Origin: Lama guanicoe
Taxonomy: Eukaryota
DNA length: 64,000 nt
Reading direction: 5' to 3'
NCBI GenBank assembly: GCA_013239625.1
Contig: MU053810.1
Span: 1,063,320-1,127,319 of the forward strand
Under the pieces are notes generated by a model. It saw nothing but the letters and a program-made list of their open reading frames with translations. It searched no databases and had not been told where the DNA came from. Made by a program: the position numbers and the translations under genes. Positions 43,712-56,224 of this stretch are shown piece by piece. Numbering within the stretch: the stretch's first letter is position 1; every line of letters begins with the position of its first letter.

Positions 43712-43774
43712 GAGAGGTCTGTACCTCTAAGTGTTTACATATATTAGTTTATTATTATTATTATTATTGCTAAA

Positions 43775-44200
43775 ATATTAGTTGCTTCTGTATGGAAGAT
43801 ACTATGTTACATGTCAATGTCTGTTGAAAGCCACATCTCAGTGGCTTACAACCACATTTATCTCTTACTCTTAAGTGTGTGGGTTGGCATAGAATAATAA
43901 CAGCAAGCATATGTATTTCTTGTTCACAGCTCTGTATAATTCTGTGTGGCTGCAAACTGTTTCTCTGTTCCGTGAGTCTTGTCTATCTGGGACCCAGACT
44001 GATGGACCAGAATCCTGTCTGACATGTTCCGTTGTTAAGTCAGAGGGACTGGAAGAAGCAGGCACACTTAGAGCTTCTGTTGGGACATCTTGTCCACTCA
44101 CATCTATTGGTCAGAGCAAGTCAGGTGGTCAGGCCAAATAATGAAGCAGGGACGTGTCTGCCACAGAGCTTGGCAAAGGTGGGGAGTACAGAATATTTTT
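43775..44200 (-). mobile_element. MLT1 (ERVL-MaLR) LTR relic
   Basis: ctcagtggcttaca..cacatttat and ccactcacatctattggtcagagcaagtca.gtgg are typical MLT1 blocks. Confidence 0.6.
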
Positions 44201-45660
44201 ACAAGATGAGGAGTTGATAAATGGGCATGATAATATCATTTACCACTTTGTGTGCCATCTCATACAATCCTGTAACCTTTTAAGAGTCTAGACTAGTCCC
44301 TGGTCCATCACAAGTAAAGAGATCTTGAATGATAAACAAGATAGATGCCTTATTAGCCCAATTCTATGAAGCAAACTAAGAAGGAGATAGCCTGCCCAAG
44401 GCTCCCTGGCTATAAAGTGGCAGAAGATGATGTCTCAGTGTCTGCTTCTTTGGATCATAGTGTTTACCACCATTATTATATTACTTATTAAACACCTTGA
44501 CTTCCTAAGGAAGAGAAAACAATTTCCAGTTTACAGATACGAAAAACTAAACTTCAAGAACATAGGTGATCTGGATGAGGATGCGCAGTTGAGGACAGGA
44601 ATGAGATTTTCACCTCAGATGTCTGACATGTGGCCAAATTGCGTCTCACTCTGAGCTTAGGGAGAATCACTATGACCCCAGTGGCGGAGGAGAACAAAAA
44701 AGGATGCAGAAAGGGAACACGGGTCACCGTTGCTACTGTGGCTGCTCAGTTTTCCTGCTCCATCCAGTCTGTTGCTGGGTTTCCAGGGCGGAGGCAGAAG
44801 AGCTGCCAGCAACAAGGACACAGACGTGATTTATCAGTTATACACCATTAGTCCTGATTTTCTGGTTCAAGTTTTAGAAGAAAAATACGGAATTTAAAAA
44901 AATGTCCAAACTGTGTGGTTTTAGTTGTTGGCTTCATAACAAAAGAAACTTGGGGTGGAAACCACAAAGCCTGCTGAAGCCAATGGTTTCATAAAGGATG
45001 CTGATGTAATCTTACCATAAAATGAAAATCAAAATCAAAATTAGGCTCTTAATTAAAATATTGCTCTTGATGATTATCAGTCAGTTTTATTTTTCATGAC
45101 ATGATGTTAGCCGAGGTGAGATCAGTACATGTAGGTTCACATACAGACACTGATTTGCTTTCAGTATAAATGTCATCTACAGCATGTTTCCTGGATTAAT
45201 AAAAGTACGAATAAACACTAAAAAGCCCATAAATACAAAATATTGACCTAATAATGTCCAAAGTGAAGCTTTGTAACCTTTTTTTATACTGAAAATGACT
45301 AAAAAGGAAAGTATTTCATTTTACCTATTCCCTCAAAATCAACCTCTCTTTTCCTCAAGTCTCCCTTGTTCCTTTTAATGATGTAAGTGTTCTCTAGCAC
45401 CCCAGGGTTGAAATACCACAGTCATCTTTGGCTTTCCCACTTGCAAATCCCACTGACTCCAACTTCAAAATATTTCTCACATCGATTCTGTGTTTCCATT
45501 ACCTCTGCCATGACCCTGGTTCGAAACAGTGTTGACTCGAATGGTTAAGCTTTTTAACTATAAACTTTAATTAATTTTTTATGCCCAGTAGTTTTTAATA
45601 CCATAAACTTTCTTTTCACTTTGTCATCAACCATCATTACCTGCTCTTCCAGGTCAATTC

Positions 45661-45800
45661 TTTTTTTTTCCCTCAATGTTTATTTATTATTTTATTTTGG
45701 TGAGGATGGAAATTAGGTTTATTTATTTTTAGAGGAGATACTGGGGCTTGTACCCAGGACCTCATGTATGCTAAGCATGTGCTCTACCACTTGAGCTGTA
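45661..45800 (-). mobile_element. tRNA-derived camelid-type SINE
   Basis: ggagatactgggg.ttg.acccaggacctcatgtatgctaagcatgtgctctaccacttgagct; T-rich tail upstream. Confidence 0.88.
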
Positions 45801-48348
45801 ATTTCTAGTTGTTCCTAACAGTTTTCAAAGCCCTCCTTAGTTATGGATTTTATCTCCTTTATTTCAATACTTTGATGATACAAATTCTCATTTCAAATTG
45901 AATTCAGGAGAGTACTAGAGAAACAGCTTTTTAGGCAAGATTAATTACATTTCTAGGGAAAGAAGATGAGCTTAACTGCGCAATAGAATGCTGTGATTCT
46001 TTGCATCATGTGTGATGATTTTGTCTATTCCCAGAGTAGATAATGATGAGCGGTGATGGTAAAGTCAAATAGCTTTCCCTTCACCTTGAATTAGACCTTC
46101 AGGGTAGATTATTTAGTAGGAATTGTTGCCAGGCATTCAGACTTAAAAATATGATCCCCAAGGAAGTATCTGTTTCACATTATTCTTTCCATCTTCCATC
46201 AGAAAATAAGAAGTGTGTTCCTTTTAGCTGAACACATACCACAGGGGTTTTCCTTTTTGCATCAAAGATTATTGGTGAGATTGCTGGGTTATTTGGAAAA
46301 ATAAATCTATGACCACATGGCATCATAACCTGCTGTTCACAAACTGAAAGAAAAACTACCTGCGCAGTCTTCATCGAATTTGACATCTCAGAATTCAGCT
46401 TGCATATTAGAGTTATTTGTTACTAGAATAACAAATTATTAGCATGAATATCACTATCCAAAGTATTAGTTTTTTATTTTTCCCAGGGAAGTTGTGACTA
46501 AGTCAGTGGAGCATCTTGCGACTAATGATACCTTAAAATTGAGAAAGTATTTTAACTCTTTAGAGAATGTTTAGCAACAATGTTTTATGAGGTCCTTCCC
46601 CACCTACCAAGTGGTTTTTGTTGTTGTTGCTCATCTGACTGAGTTGATTGAATTTTTGACACCCTTCTTCTTTGGCCTGAACATTTCAGCAGCTTTATTG
46701 TTGCTTGATCAAGTCTCCTTCCTGCAGAGTTGTGTGTGTTTCAGTGTAAATAAAATGGCAAGGGAGCCGGTGTGAATGCTTTTGTCTGCACTTTTAAGAT
46801 ACCACCTGCAGCTTTTCATCTTCTAACACTAAGCTATTTGGTGCATCCATTCTTTGTTGTCTCAGGATAATAAATTACATCAAAACACTTTGTTTTGAGG
46901 TTCCCCTTTCTCCTGTATTTTTCTAAAGGAAATATAGACTCAAGGAAATTTTAGGAATGTTGGAAATATTGGAAATATTTGCAGTTTAATGAAAGACTTC
47001 AAGGCATAAATGAAGAAATTTGAGACTCAGTGATTGTAATCTTCAGTATTCTGGTTTTTGTGTCTTTGGTATGTAATCTTACAAAGTGATTTAACACATA
47101 CCTAGGGAAAATTTTAGCCCAAAGCCAATGGTCCATGCAACTTAGTATTTCTACTGCATTTCTAGACAATAAAATGGAACAAATAACCGACTGAACCTGT
47201 CTTAAAGTTAAAACTTTAAAATGTTGTTATCTTTTAGTTGAGGAAAATAATAAGTACCAAAAATGGATAAGACTGTCAAAATACTGAAGTAGCAGTTGGA
47301 CGTTTTCAAGCTAAAATTTAAGTCTGTTTGTAGTTACTTTCAAGTAGAGTAGAATTTCTGTAAAGATGGAAAATACCTTGTGCTACCTGAAAAATTTCAT
47401 TGAATCCATGTGTTACAGCAAAAACACTTCAGAAAGAACTGATTTGCTACTGGAGACAGAAAAAAATGCGCTGCATAATACGTGGCCAATACATCACTGC
47501 ATCACAGTTGTTAATAAATCATATCCAAAGAATAGCTATGTATCAGTAAAACCTACTTTCCTAGACAGTAGACCTAACACAGGTACTTTGGTATGATCAT
47601 GCTAAACACAGTCATTTCAGCTTGTGGATATAACTCCATATCATTGTATTCAGTGCAACAGGGAAAACTATGCTTTTCCCCTGGAGCTAGAGAGACTTCA
47701 AATTTTTCATTTTTCTGAAGATTGATTAGGTTTAAACCTCAAGTAGACTTTTAGATTTTTTAATTAAGTGTATTTCTTAATATCAAAAGTGACAGAAAAA
47801 AGAAACATGCATGGTTATCAGGAGATAAAGAACCACTAAGGATATTAATCAAGTAATTGACACTGGTGGTACGTCTAAAGCTGGGAATACCTTATCAAGG
47901 ACTAGGTATGTTAAAATAATCAGTTTTAGTTGCTTAACTACCAGTGTTGGAATACCTGTAGGAAAATCTTGTATAAAACAAGTTGGAAAATCTGTTTTTA
48001 TCAGAAAAACTGTATTAGGCTAGCATGAAGTGTGTCATGTTTGTTGTGAGGAATTCACAGAGCAAGGAATTAGCACATAGAGTCCATCTGGAGCCTGAGT
48101 CATCTGCTCAGGATGACAGCGCTGCAGGTGAGCTGGTTTCCCTTTCACTTAGAGATGGAGAAGAAAATCAGGCCCAGCTAGACTAGCCTCTGCTTCTTAG
48201 TGAGTGCAAACCAGTTACTTGCATGTCGCCCTTGCAGTTTTGTCTCATCTGCAAAGCTTTGAGTGTTTTTTGCTTTAATGACTTAACTCTATCATTGCTA
48301 CCAGCATGAGCATTTCTAAGCAATTACAGGTTTAAAAGTTGTAAGTTT

Positions 48349-48715
48349 TGCTATACACTGAATGTTTGTGTCTCCCCCCCACCCCCATATTCCTATATTG
48401 AAGCCCTAATACCCAGTGTGATCGTATGTGGAGGTGGGGCCTTTGGAAGGTAATTGGGGTTACATGTCACGAAGGTGATGTCCTCATGATGGGACTAGTG
48501 CTGTGTAAGAAGAGGAAGAAAGCTGAGGTCTCTTTCTCTGCCTGCTGCACCGAGGAAGGCTACGTAGGGGTATAAGCAGAAAGAGAGCCCTCACCAAGAG
48601 CTCGGCCATGTTGGCCTCCCAGCATTGGACTTTGAGCCTCTAGAACTGTGAGAATTAAGTTGTTGAAGCCTCCCACTCTGTGGAGTTCTGTTCTAGCAGC
48701 CCAAGCTGATGGAGG
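48349..48715 (+). mobile_element. MLT1A-like solo LTR
   Basis: tgcta...ctgaatgtttgtgtc.cccc...gaagccctaa..ccc.gtgtga..ggaggtggggcctttgg...agcctctagaactgtgaga...tagcagccc.agctga. Confidence 0.85.
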
Positions 48716-48929
48716 TGGGCTTACTGTTCTAGGTAGATTTTACTGTTACAGCTGTTCACCATTTATACATTAAAAAAAAATAAAGGCTTTATCCATATAC
48801 TGTACAGAGTCATTTCTAATACCACCTGTTGTGATTAGTCAACTGGAAAATAGCTGAGGAAACTTCTGGGAGCAGCAGAGGGCTATAGAGAAGGAAGGTG
48901 GGAGAGGTGGATTTACTTGAAGGATAGTT

Positions 48930-50060
48930 CATAAAAGCTAATGGAATTCCAGACAGAAAATAAAGAAAACAGAGGAGAAGCAATTTTCAAAGATGTAATG
49001 GCTAAGAATGAACAGAAGATATGATTTTAAGAAGACTACTGAACCTCATGCAAAGTATTATAAGAATAAATCCAGGTCTAGGCTTATGGAGATGAATCAG
49101 AAAAACAATGAAGAAAAGGGAAGATTATGTTAAAAATAGCTGGAGATTAAAATACAATTACAAAAGAACCACAGTGAGATCGCTGACTTAGAAATAGCCA
49201 TAATGGAAGATGGAAGACAGTTGAATATTATTCTCAAAGTTCTGAGAAATAATAACTGTTAGTCCGGATCAAAGCAAAACTCTTTCAGGAATGAGGGTGG
49301 AAAAAAGAGCATTCAGAGGATAATATCCACAAACAAAGAGAAAATGATTTTTACTGCACCAGACTCTTAGCAAATGAACTATGCTAATATGAACATTAGA
49401 AGAAGACAGAATGATCCCAATGAGGGCTGCAATGCAAAGGGGAATGGACAGCAAAGAAAATGGTGGCAAACCCATGGATGGTTCTAGATATACCAGTGGA
49501 TGCTGAATATGTGATGTGACCAGTGTATTTACACACTGCTGGGAGGTAAAGAAATTGATGCAAATTAGTTGGAAAATTAGTTTGGCATTATCTAGTAAAG
49601 TTAAAGTTGTGCATGCTCTGTGACCAGGCAGTTCCACACATCAGGAGAAATGTACAAACAAAATAAACAAAACCTCTAAGAGAATAAACTCAAAAACCAT
49701 CAATGGTAGAATCACTATGTGAATATATGTTACATATTCATGTAGTGAAATATTATACGGCAGTCAGCCTAACTGAACTTGACAAACATACATTAACATG
49801 GATGGATGAACCAACAGTGTTGAAAAAAATATCAAGTTGCTGGGAAACATTCAAGGATTCAAAACTCTTGGGCCAATAGAAGGGTTAATATTTGCCAGGG
49901 ATTATGAGCAGGGAAGGATGGATAAGCAGAGCACAGGGGTTTTTACTACACTGCAACTATTCTGTGTGATGCTCTAGTGGTGGAAGCATGTCGTTATGTG
50001 TTTGTTAAAACTCAATAGAATATGAAGCCCCAACAGTGAACCCTAATATAAACTATGGAA
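48930..50060 (+). mobile_element. Old L1 fragments (ORF1 relic and 3' regions)
   Basis: ggaattccaga..aaagaaaacagaggagaagcaattttcaaaga..atggctaagaa (ORF1-like); later agcacagggg..gaaccctaatataaactatgga (3'UTR-like). Confidence 0.65.
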
Positions 50061-50127
50061 AAGCAACAGTGGATGGTTGAGTTTGCAAGGAGAGCCTGAG
50101 CATGGGTACCTTGTCTCTTAGTTTCCT

Positions 50128-50448
50128 TTTTTTAAAAGTTGTTACACAATTTTTAGAGGTTATTTTCCACTTACAGTTATTAGAAAATACTGGCTCTATC
50201 TGCCTTGTTGTACCATTTGCAGCAACATGGATGAACTTGGAGAGTATTATGCCAAGTGAAATAAGTCAGAAAGACAAATACAGTATGATATCACTTGTAT
50301 GTGGAATCTGAAAAATACAACTCACTAGTGAATAAAGCATAAAAGAAGTAGACTCACAGATACAGAGAACAAAGTAGCGGTTACCAGTGTGTGTGTGGCA
50401 GGGAGGGGCAATGCAGGGTGGAGGAATGGGGGGTACAGACTACTGGGG
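50128..50448 (-). mobile_element. L1 3' insertion with 5' inversion
   Basis: Antisense tail segment to about 50210, then sense segment ccatttgcagcaacatgg...tactggg; TSD AGTTTCCT at 50120-50127 and 50449-50456. Confidence 0.85.
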
Positions 50449-52277
50449 AGTTTCCTCATCTCTTTTTGGAGCCAGTTAGCCGAGGGAAGCCTGAGATGTG
50501 CTCAGCTCCTCCTGGCTGTAGTTCACAGTGGTAACCTTCTGTATGGAAGTTTCCAGCACAGGGTATGACTAAAGAGAGTCTGTTTATATCTGAGTTTCAC
50601 ACTTGGAAAGGTTACCTGGCTACAGATATAGCCCATCTTCTCCAGTATCAACTTCATCCATAAAAGGCTGAGACTTGGATCTACTACCTGCCATCCACTT
50701 CAGTCTTAGTTCTTTATCATTTCAAAACTGGAGCTAAGAAATACAGTGCTATTTAGTGGACTTTCCTCGAATTTCCAGCAGCACCCAAATTCCCAGTCCT
50801 CTAGACGCTGGGTATGCGATCTTGCTCTGGTCTTTGCTGTCCCCTCCAAGCCATCTCTGCTCTGGTTCATTAGTTGCCTGGAATTGAAGTAAGAGCTCAG
50901 CTGTTCCCTCTTCCCCATTTTGGAGCCACCTGTATTCATTTTCCACACTTACGCCTGATAAGCATTTCTCGAAGTGGAAATTTTATATCTTGGCGTTTCT
51001 CCACAACTTTTTGTATTTATTTCAGACTCCTAGTTGGTCCCACGTAGCTCTTTGTGTAACTGTCTCCTCTCTAGCCCTGAATCTAAAGACTCCATCCTGT
51101 GCATTCTTACTACACCCCAAGATACTCTTCTTGCCAAACTCTTACAGGTTTCCAAAGACCAACAAGAAAATAGATTTCTCTGCTTTCACATTAGACTGTT
51201 CTCATTGCCCCCCAAAGACTTTGTACCCTTCTTCATCTAGCCAGCAGCACATCATTTTTTTAACACTGAAAAATTAAACATTGCCATACCAGGATGTCTT
51301 CTGTCTCCCATCTGATACAGGCTTTTCCTGTGTTCTTTTATTCTGTTGTAAAATCTTGCATTTTTGTACATCTGTTCATTCATTTAGTCTGTCATCCATC
51401 CATCCATCCATTATCCTTCCATGCACCTGTGCATCTGTTTACTCACTTTGCAGTGTTAGAGTATCCACAATGTATCATGGTCTGTGAATTGTGTTGTGAA
51501 TACAGGGATAAAAGGATAGGTGTCATTCTTGCTTCCATGGTGTTACAATCTCTGTCATAAACTTACCCCATGGAACTGTAATGAAAGAATTTCCTGACTG
51601 CCTTATTCACTCATCTTTAAACTATTTTCTGGAAGTTTTTGGCTTGAAATCCACTGCACCTGCCATGTACTTGACACAGGGATGTTAAAAATAAATGTTC
51701 ATTGAATAGTTTACTATATATAAATAAATCAAATTCTGTACATTTCTTCTAAATTCTAATATCAGAAATTTTTTTTTCAGAAATTATCATCTTAATTAAA
51801 TACTTCTGGGTGAATACTTTTGGTTTGGGTCTATCATGTGACTTTGGATCTTGACTACGTGAGGATATGTGGACAAAGATGAGATGTTAGAGTCATGGTG
51901 GCAGTGGCAGAACAAAGTTTATTTACCTAGTGGCCTAGAAGGTCTAACCTGACCTAGACTTTGGGTCCTAGTGCCAGCACCTGGAAGTCCCTTAGTTCCC
52001 GCTGATCTTCCAAGCCCTGTCCTTGAGCCTCCCATTTATTCAGTGAGCTCTGAATACTTTTCCAGTAATTTCCATCTGCACTTTCACCTACTTTTATAAT
52101 CAAAGAGATCCAGAGCCATTTGCCATTACTGAGACCATGAACCCCAACTTATATACTGACATAAAGAAGTTCAGCAGATTAGTTAATACTATCAAATATT
52201 CTTTACAAAGTTGAATGTGAAGCATACTTCGTAAAGCTTATTGTGTGAAATTGTTAAAGAAACGAAAAAATCTATAA

Positions 52278-52484
<207 letters not shown>

Positions 52485-52594
52485 TGACTTCCTAAATTTT
52501 TCATTAAATATAAATCAGATAATAAATTCCAGTGTCATATCAAGTAGCGTGGCCTACTGTCCTAGTTAGAAATTTTCAACCTGGCTTAGAGCAG

Positions 52595-52800
52595 TTTCTC
52601 TCTCTTTCTTTCTTCCTTCCTTTCTTCCTTCCTTTCTTCCTTTCTTCCTTCCTTTCTTTCTTTCTTTCTTTCTTTCTTCCTTCCTTCCTTCCTTCCTTCC
52701 TTCCTTCCTTCCTTCCTTCCTTCCTTCCTTTCCTTGTTTCCTTCCTTCTTTCTTTCTTTCCTTTCCTTTCCTTTCTTTCCTGTCTTTCTGTCTTTCTTTC
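52595..52800. repeat. (TTCC)n/(TTTC)n polypyrimidine microsatellite (expanded SINE tail)
   Basis: About 205 bp almost purely C/T, directly adjoining the SINE at 52801. Confidence 0.95.
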
Positions 52801-52885
52801 ATTTTTAAATGGAGATCCTGGGGATGGAACCCAGGACCTGAAGCATGATAAGCCTATGTTCTACCACAGAGCTATACCCTCCCCC
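52801..52885 (-). mobile_element. tRNA-derived camelid-type SINE head
   Basis: atggagatcctggggatggaacccaggacc...ctaccacagagctataccctccccc. Confidence 0.88.
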
Positions 52886-53047
52886 TGCAATTTATTAACA
52901 TAAAAACTTTATATAGAGAATTATAGGAGAAGAATGAGCAATCATTCTTCTATCATGTCCAACAAGAGGTGTCTTTAAATTAATATTTTAGATTCAAAAC
53001 ACTAATTTTCATAGACTTGATTCCAGGGCTGTTATTTTCCAGATCTT

Positions 53048-53309
53048 TCTTTCTTTCTTTCTTTCTTCTTTCTTTCTTTGTCTCTTTCTCTCTTTCTTAT
53101 TGATGTATAGTTAGTTCACAATGTATCATTTTCTGGACTATTACTCAGCCATAAGAAAGAATAAAATAACACCATTTGCAGCAACATGGATGGACCTGGA
53201 AATCGTCATTCTAAGTGAAGTAAGCCAGAAAGAGAGAAAAATACCATATGATAGAATTCATATGTGGAATCTAAAAAAAGAAAAAAGACTAATGAACTTA
53301 TCTACAGAA
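53048..53309 (-). mobile_element. L1 3' insertion with 5' inversion and (TTTC)n tail
   Basis: Antisense tail + ttattgatgtatagttagttcacaatgt..ttctgg, then sense tggactattactcagccataa...tctacagaa; TSD CCAG(A/C)TCTT at 53039-53047 and 53310-53318. Confidence 0.8.
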
Positions 53310-55562
53310 CCAGCTCTTCTCTATTAGTCCCCTTGTTTGTCTCCTTAGAGAGGAAGCATAATACCCTCAAATTAGATGAAGTTGTGCCAATGTTGCCACT
53401 GTCAAGATGCACGTATAAAATAAATGCTATGTCAAATGTGCAGAGTTCATAAGAAACCAGTCCTAACACTCACGGGCCCTTCTGCAGCTGGGTATGATTG
53501 AAAGATGGTTTTCATTTATTGGCACTTGCCAATCTACAGTCTTCCTAAATGGATTAAGGCAGATTATTTAATTTAAAAATGAACTTCTCAGTCAAAGATA
53601 CAAACTGAGGAGAAAAATGAATTTGTCTGAATAAGCAAAGATAAATGCTTACTATTTTTTTCCCTTCCTTGCTCTATATTTAGTAGTGTATGAATTTACT
53701 GTAATATTTCCCAAGTGCCTTGATAATATTAAAGGTTTTGGAACTTGCAGATAATACAGTATATAGTGAAAGTCTTAATTTGTCTTATGTCAGCCTCTTC
53801 AAGGAGTTCTAAAACTTAAAAAAATCAAATAGAGTTTGTATTTATTCTTTTAACTCAGAAAAAATGTTCAGGAATATACAAATATGCAATAAATTAATCT
53901 AGACCAAAAAACTTATAAAATGAAAGCTGATTCACTCTGTGAGTGAGATGGGACAGCAACGAGCTCATGTTGGTCAGTAGCATATGCTGTGCATCACAGA
54001 TGGAAGATAATATAATGGAAGATGTTGTGGTGTCCAGACTTCCTCGTGGGAAGACACTGCAATCCTCTTGTGATCCCACATAAGTCATGTTTATGCCTAA
54101 TGAGTATCTTTAGTGAATAATGACTTCTTAGTTCAACTTTGAGATTTTAGTAATGTCATTTATGATTGGGTAGGAGGTTTTGGTAAGTCCTTTACATGTT
54201 TTGAATGAATGTCTACTATTAAATTATGTTAATATCATAGGGATATTTACTTATTTTGAATAAACATGGTTGAATTATTACTTTGTATATTATATATATG
54301 TATATACATATTCATATATACTTCATAATTATAAAAAATTGTTTAATTTCTAAACAAATTATGTGATCATGCCACCTCCATCTCTGTCATCTCTTTGTAA
54401 GATGAACTTTTGTGATAAATCTGCCTGTCATCTACAGTCTTACATTTTCTAATTTTTTTTATTGTGGTAAGAACACAAGATAAGATCTATGCTATTCATA
54501 AGTTTTTAAGTATGCGGTACATTATTGTTGACTGTAGGTACAACGTTCCACAACAGATCTTAGTGCTTGACTGAAACTCTGTATTCTCTAATTTTTAAAA
54601 AAATCTGTAACTTTTATCTTTGTCAATGATACGAAGAACAGGAATCTAGTGAATCCTAAATCTCTTCACAAGAGGAGTATAATTATCTGATCAATGTTAA
54701 TATAAAAGATGTAATAACACCCCAGAATGTCATGATTAAAAATCACTTTTTTTTTGGATGGAGTGTTTCTTTCTCAAATTCTACTTTAAATCATGAACCC
54801 AAGTTTCTAAATGGTGGCAGTGGTTTGCCTGCGCCATCACGGCTTATGCCATTTAAAAGCTGGAGTGCACACCAGGCAGGCATTCCATGGTATACACAAA
54901 AACTAATTGAATTGAATCTTCTATTCAGGTAGTAGGGAATTAAGACAGACAGACAGACACATGAACACATTCAGAGGGAGAGGGAGTGAGGGAGGAAGGA
55001 GGAAAGACAGAGAGTGTTTGTTTTCACACATAATCTACGTGTTTAAAAAAATCACTGGACTTTTAATTTTGTTTGATATTAGAATGCAGTCATTACAAAC
55101 ATACAGAAAACTTTTAAGGAAAGAGGTCCAATGTAAAAGTTGTGCATCTTATAGCTTTGAACTTAAGTAGTTTAGAATTTGCAATAGCCCTCCCAGAGGC
55201 TGAGCTGAAGTTTAGCATGGTAGTGATACTATGAAAAAAAAGCGGACTTAATCAGAGCTTGGAGGTCGTATAAGGGATGCACATGTTGTATCAGGAGAGA
55301 CTGGCAAGGTTTAATTGGCTGCTTGAGGAGCTAATTGAAGTATCTCCTCCTTACGAAAGCAGATTCTTTAGTATGTGCACTTCCACATTTCAGTTACTGT
55401 CGCTTATTTGAATCTAATACACCTCGATTATCTTTAAAACCCTTCTAGGGATTACATAGACCATTTGCTTAATTATTTTACTTACGCTTTAAAGTTATAT
55501 TTTAATTAAAAAAACCCGAGAGTAAGAAAGTGCTGATGCAGGTGGAAATCACCATGTATTGA

Positions 55563-55775
<213 letters not shown>

Positions 55776-56050
55776 TAAGTGACCACATATTTGGAACATG
55801 TCTCTTAGGAACCATGTATTAACCACTTCCCAAACTCCTGCCACATCGCCTTCCCCTGCGCTTGTGCTGTTATAAAGATGGATGTTTCAGTTACAGAATA
55901 AGTGGGCTAAGTCTATTCTTTCATACAAAATGGAAAAAAAATCAGTTAAAAAGGTAATGGATACTCTTGTAAAAGTCATAGAGACTAGAGACACGCATGA
56001 GTAAGTAACGGAAAATAATGTGTAATATCATCACTCACCGAAGCACTGTT

Positions 56051-56224
56051 GGGGGTGAGGGTGTAGCTCAGTGGTAGATGCGTGCCGAGCATGTCTGAGG
56101 TCCTGGGTTCAATCCCCGGTACCTCCATTAAAAAATGAATAACCGAATTACCCTCCCTCCAAAAAAAGGTGAAAAAATAATAAATAAAACATAAACTAAA
56201 ATTAAAAACATAAAATAGTTGGAA
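56051..56224 (+). mobile_element. tRNA-derived camelid-type SINE, full length
   Basis: A box TAGCTCAGTGG, B box GGTTCAATCCC, A-rich tail; TSD AA(G/A)CACTGTT at 56041-56050 and 56225-56234. Confidence 0.92.

Noticed and set aside
52532..52903. 123-aa hydrophobic ORF and the antisense KEGR-repeat ORF
   Set aside because: Translations of the (TTCC)n microsatellite and SINE.
56051..56130. tRNA gene
   Set aside because: A and B boxes are present, but it has an A-rich tail, a TSD and several diverged relatives in the window, so it is a tRNA-derived SINE.
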